A stretch of 24,000 nt of DNA from Thermococcus sp. MV5 (GTDB lineage Archaea; Methanobacteriota_B; Thermococci; Thermococcales; Thermococcaceae): positions 113,887 to 137,886 of the forward strand of contig NZ_SNUE01000004.1 of NCBI RefSeq assembly GCF_012027425.1, in the 5' to 3' direction. Positions 8,628 to 16,991 of the stretch are shown here, one piece after another. A program made the translations under genes and the position numbers. The stretch's first letter is position 1. Each line of letters opens with the position of its first letter. A model generated the notes under the pieces. The model had not been told where the DNA came from, did no database searches, and saw nothing but the letters and a program-made list of their open reading frames with translations.

Positions 8628-9389
8628 TCCCGTGGGATTATCAATAAACACAGTTTTAACCTCAAATTTCTCTCTTAAGAGGGGCATAAGGGCCTTAACT
8701 CCAAGAGTTTCAGTTGCATAGTGTCCAGCAGCAATAACGCTGAGCCTTCCTTCTTTGGCCTTGTGATAATCATCGTGTAAAAATTCGCCGGTTATGAAGA
8801 GATCCATCCTCTTCTCAATAGCCTCGGGTATAGCAAAGCCTCCCCGACCGCTTACAACGGCAAGGGTTTTTATTTCCTCAACCCCGAATTCATAAGCCTT
8901 TACATAATCTACCTTCAGTTTCTCTACAAGAATTTGAGCTATTAAAGGAAGAGGCTTTGGCTCCTTAAACTCCGCCATGTACCCAATGCTTAAGCCATTG
9001 TACTCTCCGAAGGATTCTTTGGGCTCCAAGTCCAAAAGCTTCAAAAGTTGAGCGTTATTGCCAACCTCTGGATGGACATCGAGGGGGAGGTGAGCGGCGT
9101 AAAGGTTTATTTCATTTTCAAGAAGAAACTTGAGTCTCTTCTGCACGAGCCCTCTAACGTACTCTATCCCTCCCCATATTAAGCCGTGATGAACTATCAA
9201 CATATCTGCTCCTAGAGCCTTAGCTTTCACAAAGGTATCCATGCAGGCATCGACTGCAAAGGCAATCTTTTCTACTTCTTCTTTCCCCTCAACTTGCAGT
9301 CCGTTGCGGGATTTATCGGGAAAAGCATTTATGTCTAGGTATGCATCAAGGAATGCCACAATCTCATCTTTGAGTACCATTTTCTTCAC
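8622..9389 (-). CDS. Nif3-like dinuclear metal centre protein (NIF3/YbgI family)
   Basis: Family signatures are present: NGLQVEG, LIVHHGLIWGG, YAAHLPLD and GHYATE. GAGGTGA-N5-ATG lies upstream. Confidence 0.9.
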   Translation of the reverse strand: MKKMVLKDEIVAFLDAYLDINAFPDKSRNGLQVEGKEEVEKIAFAVDACMDTFVKAKALGADMLIVHHGLIWGGIEYVRGLVQKRLKFLLENEINLYAAHLPLDVHPEVGNNAQLLKLLDLEPKESFGEYNGLSIGYMAEFKEPKPLPLIAQILVEKLKVDYVKAYEFGVEEIKTLAVVSGRGGFAIPEAIEKRMDLFITGEFLHDDYHKAKEGRLSVIAAGHYATETLGVKALMPLLREKFEVKTVFIDNPTGL

Positions 9390-9820
9390 CTCTTAATAAT
9401 TGCTTTTAACATGTTTAAATGTTTTTCATAATACTCGACAATTATCTAAAATCTACCAACTATAGCCGAAAATTTTAAATACAGAAATGTAAAAGTTCCT
9501 ATTTGGTGAAACCACATGAACAAAGTAGGACAAAACCTATACGAAATTTTCGGAGAAGTTATAGCAGAACACGACTTTCTAAAAGCATTTTTAATTACAG
9601 GCATATCAGCATTTTTAATGTACTTCAGCGCTTGAATTGTTTGAGCCTCTCGTGGTTAATTTTATTCCAGATTACTGCCGTTGCTTGGGCCAACTCGAAA
9701 AGGATTCTTTCTTGACCCTTTGAGGGCTGGAGTTTTACCGTTACCGAACGCTTCATTTTAAAGTATGGTATAGATTTTAAGCTTTAAAAAGTATCTCTTT
9801 CCCACTCAACAGCTTAATCC

Positions 9821-9873
9821 TTCGAACACTTTACCCCGCCCTAAAGGGCGAGGTTTGAGAAGAGTGTCAAAAG
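9821..9873. repeat. Dispersed hairpin repeat, copy A
   Basis: The hairpin is ACCCCGCCC (9833-9841), TAAA loop, GGGCGAGGT (9846-9854). A conserved tail TTTGAGAAGAGTGTCAAAAG follows. It aligns with copies at 15340, 16014 and 16992. Confidence 0.7.
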
Positions 9874-10742
9874 CCAAAATACTTGCACTGCTGGCAATAT
9901 TCCCCTTTGCAATGCTTATTCAAGGACTCAGAGGATTGTATGGACAATCAGCCTTCATAAGTATCTTCTTGGCTATTACTATAGGCCCAATACTCTACGA
10001 GCTTTTAACCCTAATCTCTCCAAATAACCACCGCCTAAAGCGCGAGGATTATGCACGGATTAAGCTCGTAAAGACTGGAAAGATTTCACTAAACCCCCTT
10101 CACCATCTCACAAAAGCTGAAGTTACTCTTTCATCGGTCTTAGCTGGATTAAGTAGCATCCTAGCAACTTTCATGAGTCCCGTTGGATTAACGGTTCTCT
10201 TCGGCGATCTCACAAAGGAAAGCCAAAAAGACGAGCTTAAGGGATCTCTCATGGCATATGCAGTGAGAGACGCTATAAAGAACGCTACTTACATTGGAGG
10301 AACGTTGATACCCCTTATAGCATTAGGAGTTCCCACTGGTCCAATGTCCGCTGGTCCAGCACATCCATTCTTTGCTGAACTCGCAGCATTTGGAGGAGCC
10401 ACACCGAGAGATGTCCTACTCCAGAGGTATTCAACCCCAACCATAATGCTTGTAACAATTTATGCAACTATATTTGCCGCATTCCTTGCATACTTCATAT
10501 TGATCAAGTACTCAAAGCAATTAACTAGGTTTGTCTTCAAAAAAGTGCCTGCAGAAGCATTGTATGCTATATTCTTAGCAATAGTACTGGTGTTAGCATA
10601 CAATGACGCAGGAATTGCAGGAATCTTTGGTTCAATCCTAGTGGGCCTTATCTCAGCGACATTTGTTAGAAACGGTGTCTCAATTGGAATACTCTTCATG
10701 GTGCTAGTTGCTGCACCATATCTTGTAGGATTGCTCTTTTGA
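9855..10742 (+). CDS. Polytopic membrane protein, possibly a TctA/DUF112-like transporter, probably 5'-truncated or disrupted
   Basis: A 295-aa hydrophobic ORF with several predicted TM helices and a GGTLIPLIALGVPTGPMSAGP segment. It starts at a TTG inside repeat copy A with no SD. A promoter, SD and ATG for the same frame lie 339 nt upstream at 9516, but five stops intervene. Confidence 0.55.
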   Translation: MRRVSKAKILALLAIFPFAMLIQGLRGLYGQSAFISIFLAITIGPILYELLTLISPNNHRLKREDYARIKLVKTGKISLNPLHHLTKAEVTLSSVLAGLSSILATFMSPVGLTVLFGDLTKESQKDELKGSLMAYAVRDAIKNATYIGGTLIPLIALGVPTGPMSAGPAHPFFAELAAFGGATPRDVLLQRYSTPTIMLVTIYATIFAAFLAYFILIKYSKQLTRFVFKKVPAEALYAIFLAIVLVLAYNDAGIAGIFGSILVGLISATFVRNGVSIGILFMVLVAAPYLVGLLF

Positions 10743-10826
10743 GGCACTTTGCTTCCCTTTATTTTATTGCACAAAAACTTTTAAGCTTCCCACTTTTTTT
10801 CCTAAGTGAGCTGCAAGGTGAGAAGC

Positions 10827-12590
10827 ATGGAAGAAAAATATCAAAAAGCCTGTGAAGAAATTGCAAAGGTCTTAATAAGTGGCGAGATTAAAGATAGGGA
10901 TGAGCTTAACAAATTTAAGGTAAAAATCGCGAGAAAATACCATCTAAGCAAACTTCCAACTAATTCGGACATTCTTAGAGTGATGAATAAAGAGGATAGA
11001 GAGAAATTCAAGGACTTCCTCAAAAAGAAACCAACCCGTACAATAAGCGGTGTGGCCGTTGTTGCTATGATGACTAAACCCTTCCCCTGTCCCCATGGTA
11101 GATGTATCTATTGCCCAGGAGGTCCAAGTGAAGGTTCTCCTCAAAGTTATACTGGAAAAGAGCCTTCTGCTCTTAGAGCTCTCCAAAATGTTTACCATCC
11201 TTACCTCATAATGATAAATCGCCTCAAGCAACTCTACGATATAGGTCACGATATCGATAAAGTAGAAGTCATAATCCAGGGTGGAACCTTCCCTGCAGTT
11301 GATCTAGATTACCAAGAATGGTTCATTAAAGAGGCCTTCAAAGCTATGAATGACTTTCCACATTTCAAAGACATAGAAAACCTTGAGGAAAAGATAAGGA
11401 AGGCAGTTCTCTTTGGAAATATTGATGAAGATCCACTCTTTAAAGCAGCTTGGAAAAGAACACACAAGAAACCTTACTACTATCTCGAAGAGGAGCAGCG
11501 AAAAAATGAAAGAGCAAAGGTCAGAATGGTTGGATTAACAATAGAAACTAGACCCGATTGGGCCATGGAGAAACACATTGACAGAATGCTCAAACTCGGT
11601 ACCACAAGAGTTGAACTTGGAGTTCAGACGGTTTTTAACTTCATCTATGAGAGGGTTAAGAGAGGCCACACCGTTGAGGACACAATTAGAGCAACTCAGT
11701 TACTCAAAGACGCTGGCCTTAAAATCAACTACCATATGATGCCCGGCCTGCCAGGGAGTAGTTTTGAAAGAGATTTGGAGTCATTTAAGATTATATTTGA
11801 AGACGATCGGTTTAGGCCAGACATGCTCAAGATTTACCCTACTCTGGTTACAAGAGATACTCTCCTCTATAAATGGTATAAAGAAGGCAAGTACAGACCT
11901 TATACAACTGAAAAAGCCGTAGAGCTCCTAGTTGAAGTTTATAAACTCCTTCCAAAATGGGTTAGGATTATGAGAATTCAGAGGGATATACCTGTACAAC
12001 TCGTGGAAGCTGGAGTAAAACATTCTAATTTGGGCCAACTTGTGTTTAACGAACTTGTGAAAAGAGGAATAAAACCAAAAGAAATTCGCTTTAGAGAAGT
12101 GGGACACCAAATGCAGAAATTTGGAATAGAGCCTGAAGTGGAACACATCAAACTTTTGAGAGAGGATTATGAGGCAAGTGAAGGTCACGAGATATTCCTA
12201 AGCTTTGAAGATGTGAAGAATGACATCTTAATTGGTTTCATAAGGCTTAGAATTCCAAGTGAAAAGGCCCATAGAAAAGAAATTAACTGCTGCCCATCTG
12301 CAATAGTCAGGGAACTCCATGTCTATGGACCGCTTGTGCCAATAGGAGGAAGACCAAAATATGAATGGCAACACAGGGGATATGGAAAGGAACTTCTAGC
12401 TGAAGCGGAGAGAATAGCCTTTGAAGAATTTGATAGAAAGAAAATGCTTATCATAAGTGGTGTTGGCGTTAGAGGGTACTACAGAAAGTTCGGCTACCGC
12501 AAGGATGGGCCCTATGTAAGCAAGAGACTTGATAAGGGATATGCCAACTTCATAAAAAGCAGAGAGTTCGATGGGCACTTGAATACCTAA
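10827..12590 (+). CDS. elp3: Elp3-type radical SAM/GNAT tRNA U34 modification enzyme
   Basis: It has the CPHGRCIYCPGG radical-SAM cluster motif and a C-terminal GNAT domain (QHRGYGKELLAEAERIA). I chose the start at 10827 because of GGTGA-N5-ATG. The ORF track starts at a GTG at 10806. Confidence 0.9.
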   Translation: MEEKYQKACEEIAKVLISGEIKDRDELNKFKVKIARKYHLSKLPTNSDILRVMNKEDREKFKDFLKKKPTRTISGVAVVAMMTKPFPCPHGRCIYCPGGPSEGSPQSYTGKEPSALRALQNVYHPYLIMINRLKQLYDIGHDIDKVEVIIQGGTFPAVDLDYQEWFIKEAFKAMNDFPHFKDIENLEEKIRKAVLFGNIDEDPLFKAAWKRTHKKPYYYLEEEQRKNERAKVRMVGLTIETRPDWAMEKHIDRMLKLGTTRVELGVQTVFNFIYERVKRGHTVEDTIRATQLLKDAGLKINYHMMPGLPGSSFERDLESFKIIFEDDRFRPDMLKIYPTLVTRDTLLYKWYKEGKYRPYTTEKAVELLVEVYKLLPKWVRIMRIQRDIPVQLVEAGVKHSNLGQLVFNELVKRGIKPKEIRFREVGHQMQKFGIEPEVEHIKLLREDYEASEGHEIFLSFEDVKNDILIGFIRLRIPSEKAHRKEINCCPSAIVRELHVYGPLVPIGGRPKYEWQHRGYGKELLAEAERIAFEEFDRKKMLIISGVGVRGYYRKFGYRKDGPYVSKRLDKGYANFIKSREFDGHLNT

Positions 12591-12591
12591 T

Positions 12592-14274
12592 TCAGTTTAT
12601 GACTATTTTAACTCCATTAATTTCCCTTTCTTTTTTCTCGGTTTTCTCAAATGTGAGTTTTTCCCAGTTAAATCTATAAGAGGAGCCATTAATATTAGCA
12701 ATCCAGTTATTGGGGTCTAAAATTATCATTATGGGTCTTTCCTTGGTTTTAACCTCCAGGGAAGATGAGCCATTCACAAGGATTCTCTTCGTTATGTTCT
12801 CTGCCAGTGTTACAATTCCTACTTCAAGAGGCATCGTAAAGCTGTTTTCTTCAGTGATGTTAAGTATTAGAGTATAATAGCCACTATTTTGGGTAATTTT
12901 CAAGCTGGAGACTGTGAAGTTTGGATAATCTGCTGTATAAAACCATTCTTCGAAAAACCAGTTCAAATCTCGATTCGTCATATTCTCAAAGATTTCCTTG
13001 ATCAGAGTTAAAGTTTCTTCGGTTTTGGTGCAATCCTTAACATGGCAAATCTTGAGGAGCTCTCTGAGTCCTTCGAAAAATGTTTCATTTCCTACAACAA
13101 ACTGAAGGGAACGGAAAATAAAACCCCCCCGATAGTAAAGGTTGGCCGTTATGTCCGTCATCCGAGACATCTCGATATTCCTCATTTCAGCTATTGGTGT
13201 CCTCTTTTTTGAACTAAAGCAAAAAGCCTCCCATTTATCTAAAGTATCAAGTGTCAAGTTATTCATGGAAATTGATGTATATGTAGCAAGAGATTCATCT
13301 AAAAGTCCTAACTCCGCATACATCCCAAACCAGTTATGAGCAACCTCATGAGGAATGACACTCTTGAATTGTGTCCCCAAAGCTCCACCATAGAGACCGC
13401 AGCCCTCATATTCACTTCTATGTCCTTTGAAGCGTATGTAGATCAGCTCACGATAGGGATATGGAATAAGCTGGGATGAATAGATTTTAAGGATTTTTGC
13501 AAGCTCATCAACAACCCATTCTCCCTCATCAGTAAGAGCTACCACATCTACATTTTTTCCATCAATCACGATGTTCTTCTTGTAAATATTCCACCTTCCA
13601 AGAAGGACGTAAAATCTTCCACCATCAGTGTAAAAAGCACCCTTTTCTGGAAGAAGTGGCTTGTATTTGTTGTTTGGGAGCTTTAAAATACCAGCAAGCG
13701 TGTAGCTCGCTGGGTAAGATTCCACGTTGATTGTGACGTTCCCATCTATCTTAGGGATCAGCATATAAGCCTCCGGAGGAAGATAGAAGTAATCTTCAGT
13801 TGATTTCATGTGCCACTCAATTATATCTCTCTCCTCAATGTCTAAGAGAGGCTGATACCGCAAAGTGTAAACTATTTTAATCCGCTGAACTCTTTCAATT
13901 GGAGTTACATTGAGGAGCAAAACACCATATTTCCCATCATAAAACGCTTCCATGGTTGCTTTTGCACCGTAGACCTCGATTTTCTTAATGTTCATATTCA
14001 GAATAGAGAAGTTTTCGAAGAAGAAAGTAACAAGAGTCGGAGATGTCAAAGAGAGCTCAACCTCTTGAATCCCACTAATGAGTGCATTCCAACCATCAAA
14101 AGTTATCTCTAAAGAAATACTGCTATTACCATTAATAGGCCCCTTGCTTCTTTCAAAAAGGAGCTTAGCATTGTCTGTTTTTGAAAATTGGAACTTATCA
14201 AATGCATATGGGGGGCTGATACACATGACTATGAAAGCTATTAAAAACACTACTACAACAGAACGTGCTTTCAT
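12592..14274 (-). CDS. Secreted or membrane-anchored zinc metallopeptidase (gluzincin, M1-like HEXXH)
   Basis: It has an N-terminal hydrophobic signal/anchor (MKARSVVVVFLIAFIVMCISPPYA) and an HEVAHNWFG...E motif. There is no SD, and a TATA box lies about 25 nt upstream, which suggests a leaderless transcript. Confidence 0.7.
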   Translation of the reverse strand: MKARSVVVVFLIAFIVMCISPPYAFDKFQFSKTDNAKLLFERSKGPINGNSSISLEITFDGWNALISGIQEVELSLTSPTLVTFFFENFSILNMNIKKIEVYGAKATMEAFYDGKYGVLLLNVTPIERVQRIKIVYTLRYQPLLDIEERDIIEWHMKSTEDYFYLPPEAYMLIPKIDGNVTINVESYPASYTLAGILKLPNNKYKPLLPEKGAFYTDGGRFYVLLGRWNIYKKNIVIDGKNVDVVALTDEGEWVVDELAKILKIYSSQLIPYPYRELIYIRFKGHRSEYEGCGLYGGALGTQFKSVIPHEVAHNWFGMYAELGLLDESLATYTSISMNNLTLDTLDKWEAFCFSSKKRTPIAEMRNIEMSRMTDITANLYYRGGFIFRSLQFVVGNETFFEGLRELLKICHVKDCTKTEETLTLIKEIFENMTNRDLNWFFEEWFYTADYPNFTVSSLKITQNSGYYTLILNITEENSFTMPLEVGIVTLAENITKRILVNGSSSLEVKTKERPIMIILDPNNWIANINGSSYRFNWEKLTFEKTEKKEREINGVKIVIN

Positions 14275-14298
14275 ATTTTTACTTTTTATTCCGAGAGA

Positions 14299-14306
14299 TT
14301 TAAAAG
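14299..14306. promoter_or_regulatory. Single TATA-like box (TTTAAAAG) shared by divergent genes 64 bp apart
   Basis: It is the only strongly TATA-like element in the 14275-14338 spacer. It lies about 25 nt from the ATG at 14274 (-) and about 33 nt from the GTG at 14339 (+). Confidence 0.4.
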
Positions 14307-14338
14307 TTTTGGGAATAGCTTTTCATGAGGGTTGAAAA

Positions 14339-14860
14339 GTGCGATTCAAACCAAGACCATTAACGAGTGATGTAAACTTTGAATGTAAATTCTGCCTTGA
14401 CTGTTGTCGGGGTAGATTTATCTATTTAACCCTTTTAGATATTGAGAAAATAATAAACCACGGGCATGACCCACAAGAATTCATGCTTTTAACTGCAGAA
14501 GGGGAAGGAATCCGCTTCGTACTTTCATACAGAGAATGGGATCTGGGGTGCATCTTCCACGATCCAGAAACAGGGAAATGCAAAATCCACGATTACAACC
14601 CTTTAGTCTGCCAGATCTATCCGTTCATGGTTTCTCACAAACCACTTGGCATTGAAGGAGAGGAACCGTTTGAGTACAGGGGCGAAAAGTTTTGGCTTTA
14701 TTATGACGAGAATTGCCCTGGACTCGGAGAGGGAGAAAACGTTATAACAAGAGAACAGATAGCCGAGCTCGGCATGAAATTCCACAGAGAGTTTGAGAAA
14801 ACTGATTTAGATAGTTTAAACAGACTTCTGAATGGTGGCGAGAATGGAGCTCCAGTATAG
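14339..14860 (+). CDS. YkgJ-family cysteine-cluster protein (CxxCxxCC, putative Zn/Fe-S)
   Basis: It has the N-terminal CKFCLDCC motif and a later GCIFHDPETGKCKIHDYNPLVCQIYPF motif. The start is GTG. Confidence 0.75.
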   Translation: MRFKPRPLTSDVNFECKFCLDCCRGRFIYLTLLDIEKIINHGHDPQEFMLLTAEGEGIRFVLSYREWDLGCIFHDPETGKCKIHDYNPLVCQIYPFMVSHKPLGIEGEEPFEYRGEKFWLYYDENCPGLGEGENVITREQIAELGMKFHREFEKTDLDSLNRLLNGGENGAPV

Positions 14861-15344
14861 AAAAACATTACCCCAAGAGCTTGAACTAATAACAAAAGAA
14901 GCAGAAAAGTTTGGAGAGCTGAAACATAAATTCTTTGGTGTAGTCGAAGGAAAATTTATAGACATTTATGCTGTAAATGAGGAGATTTGGAGAGAAATAG
15001 AGGACTTAAAAGTACCTTCTTACTCTTTTGGAACATTTGTTGGGACAATTAAAAAGGATAAGAACCTCGTTGAGAAATTCTACCCTAACATCGAGTTCTT
15101 TTACTTTGTAGAGATAAAGAAAAACTATGCAATTTTGAAAGCCAAACCGGCATTTCTATTTACTACAGGAAAGGATGTTCCAAAGAATGGGGTTAGGGAA
15201 TACGTCTGGCAGGGCAGCAAAAAAATAGTCGTTATGAACGAAGAAGGTATAATTCTTGGACTAGGCTTAATAAACCCCCAAAGCGAAAGAAAATTTATCA
15301 AAAATATTACCGATATAGGAGAGTTTATTCGAAGACACCGCTGA
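14844..15344 (+). CDS. nip7: Nip7-like PUA-domain RNA-binding protein (ribosome biogenesis factor homologue)
   Basis: It gives a near-collinear match to my recollection of P. abyssi Nip7 (KEAEKFGEL, VVEGKF.DIYAVNEE, NLVEKFYPN, FLFTTGKDVPK, WQGSKK and DIGEFIRR). The 166 aa obtained from GGTGG-N5-ATG match the length of that homologue. Confidence 0.75.
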   Translation: MELQYRKTLPQELELITKEAEKFGELKHKFFGVVEGKFIDIYAVNEEIWREIEDLKVPSYSFGTFVGTIKKDKNLVEKFYPNIEFFYFVEIKKNYAILKAKPAFLFTTGKDVPKNGVREYVWQGSKKIVVMNEEGIILGLGLINPQSERKFIKNITDIGEFIRRHR

Positions 15345-15395
15345 CATCTTCTCTATCCTAACGGCAAGGCTTTCGGAGAAAAAGGCAATAAAAAC
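15340..15395. repeat. Dispersed hairpin repeat, copy D (degenerate)
   Basis: GCTGACATCTTCTCTATCCTAACGGCAAGGCTTTCGGAGAAAAAGGCAATAAAAAC aligns with copy B over its full length. It overlaps the nip7 stop codon. Confidence 0.5.
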
Positions 15396-15423
15396 ACGAC
15401 CTCAGGATATAATAAAGGCGCGA

Positions 15424-15948
15424 TTATTCTTTCTTCAGCACTACGAACTCTTTGTAGTCCATGACCTTTTTGAAACCCTTCTTCAGATAGTAGCTATAAG
15501 CTTCGAGATTTGGAAACGTTATTATATAAGGCTCTTTTTTCAATTCTCTTAAACGTTCCACAGCAAATTCAAGAAGCTGTGAACCATAGCCTTTACCTTT
15601 GTATGCAGGATCCACCATGAAAAACTCTATAAGACCCGTCTTTTCACCTTTGATATCCTCTGGCACCCACCACACATCTTTGCCATCAAGAGTGTAAACG
15701 AGAGCTACGGTACCAATGACTTTCTCTTCTTTAGTTCCTAAATACAGTTCATCAAACTCTTTTCCAAGTCTAAACTCAAGAAATGGTCCATATACTCTCC
15801 TAAAACCCTCAAAATCATCTATGCTTGGCTTATCTTCCACCCATTCAAGGGCTGGATATGCTCCGTTGGTTCCTTGATAGACGCGGAAAACAAACTTTAC
15901 TAACTCATCTTTAAGTTCTAATGGATTTTTAACCTTAGTTATTCTCAT
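15424..15948 (-). CDS. GNAT-family N-acetyltransferase
   Basis: It has the acetyl-CoA binding motif region FMVDPAYKGKGYGSQLLEFAVERL and a YYLKKGFKKV tail. GGTGAG lies upstream. Confidence 0.85.
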   Translation of the reverse strand: MRITKVKNPLELKDELVKFVFRVYQGTNGAYPALEWVEDKPSIDDFEGFRRVYGPFLEFRLGKEFDELYLGTKEEKVIGTVALVYTLDGKDVWWVPEDIKGEKTGLIEFFMVDPAYKGKGYGSQLLEFAVERLRELKKEPYIITFPNLEAYSYYLKKGFKKVMDYKEFVVLKKE

Positions 15949-16013
15949 GCTCTCACCATACCAGAATTAAGAAAAAGTGGCTAATAAATCCAACGGATGA
16001 GACAGAAAAATTA

Positions 16014-16067
16014 GCTGACCTCCTCCCTACCCTAAAGGGTGAGGCTTGGAGAAGAAAAGTCAAAAAG
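16014..16067. repeat. Dispersed hairpin repeat, copy B
   Basis: The hairpin is CCCTACCC (16025-16032), TAAA loop, GGGTGAGG (16037-16044). The tail is CTTGGAGAAGAAAAGTCAAAAAG. The stem differs from copy A by compensatory changes. Confidence 0.7.
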
Positions 16068-16105
16068 TTAATTAGGGGATAAAATAATTAAGAAATGGTG
16101 GTATT

Positions 16106-16582
16106 ATGAATGAACTTGAAGCTTTGGGAGTAGCTTTAGAAGTAGAAAAAGCCGAATTAAAGTTTTATATTGATATGGCTAAAAAAGCAAGTGATGAAAA
16201 GGCCAAAAAGATGTTTCTCTTCTTGGCACATGAAGAGGCCGAGCACTGGGATATTTTTGAGAAAAATTTTATCAATAAACTTGTAGAAAAGTGTGAACTT
16301 CCCTCCGTTACCAAAGAAATGTTTGAAACGTTAATTCCAAAATATGAAGGAGAACTAAGTGAAGTCAAGGCTGTGGAAATAGGGATGGAACAGGAAAAAA
16401 GGACCTGGGAATTTTATGAGAAAGCTGCAGAAGAAGTTAAGGACAAAAATTTGAGAAAAATATTCGATGAACTTGCAAAAGTTGAAAAATCTCATTATGA
16501 ACTTCTTAAGGCCCAATACGATTCCGTTATGAAAACTGGCATCTGGATGGATTATCAGGACTTCAGTCTTGAGGTGGATTAG
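16106..16582 (+). CDS. Rubrerythrin-like ferritin-fold diiron protein without rubredoxin domain (COG1633-type)
   Basis: It has a four-helix ligand set: EKAELKFY, HEEAEH, EQEKRTWEFY and VEKSH (E, ExxH, E, ExxH). GGTGGT lies upstream of the ATG. Confidence 0.8.
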   Translation: MNELEALGVALEVEKAELKFYIDMAKKASDEKAKKMFLFLAHEEAEHWDIFEKNFINKLVEKCELPSVTKEMFETLIPKYEGELSEVKAVEIGMEQEKRTWEFYEKAAEEVKDKNLRKIFDELAKVEKSHYELLKAQYDSVMKTGIWMDYQDFSLEVD

Positions 16583-16631
16583 TCCAAGAGGGGATTTTCG
16601 AAAAGAACATGTAAATTTCTAGAGAAAAAAC

Positions 16632-16655
16632 TTATTTAGTTTGAAAACTAAATAA
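16632..16655. promoter_or_regulatory. Near-perfect 24-bp palindrome TTATTTAGTTT-GA-AAACTAAATAA
   Basis: 11-bp perfect arms at 16632-16642 and 16645-16655. It ends 5 nt before the SD of the gene that starts at 16670. Confidence 0.4.
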
Positions 16656-16669
16656 ACTTGGTGATAAAT

Positions 16670-16981
16670 ATGTTGGGATTGAACCCTATTTCGATATCTC
16701 GTGAAAAATCCCTATCAAAAGGAGAAATTGCCCAGGCCCTAAGATGGGCTATCATCGCAGAACTAGATGCCATAACATTCTATGAACAATTTGCAGCATT
16801 AATAGAAGATGAAAACATAAAGAAAGTATTTTTAGACGTAGCAAAGGAAGAGAAAGCCCACGTAGGAGAGTTCATGGCCCTTCTGCTTAATCTAGATCCC
16901 GAACAGCTCAATGAACTTAAGGATGGTTTTGAAGAAGTTGAGGAATTAACGGGAATTAAAACGGAAATAAATTCCCCATAG
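16670..16981 (+). CDS. Two-helix half-ferritin of the encapsulated-ferritin (EncFtn)-like type
   Basis: A 103-aa protein. AELDAITFYEQ and AKEEKAHVGEF match the E...Y / EEKxH pattern I recall for EncFtn (ELEAVDWYDQ / DEEKEH). There is only one E + ExxH half-site per chain. GGTGAT-N4-ATG defines the start. Confidence 0.7.
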   Translation: MLGLNPISISREKSLSKGEIAQALRWAIIAELDAITFYEQFAALIEDENIKKVFLDVAKEEKAHVGEFMALLLNLDPEQLNELKDGFEEVEELTGIKTEINSP

Positions 16982-16991
16982 AGAGAAACAA

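Noticed and set aside
9503-9715. 70-aa ORF in the Nif3/membrane-protein spacer
   Set aside because: It has no SD, its composition is unlike a coding region, and it lies in a segment where all three forward frames are broken. I interpret the segment as decayed sequence rather than a gene.
15991-16044. Possible C/D-box reading of repeat copy B (GGATGA ... CTGA ... GTGAGG)
   Set aside because: The C box is imperfect, the spacer is 14 nt, and there is no terminal D box (CUGA) downstream. The other copies lack the C-like box.
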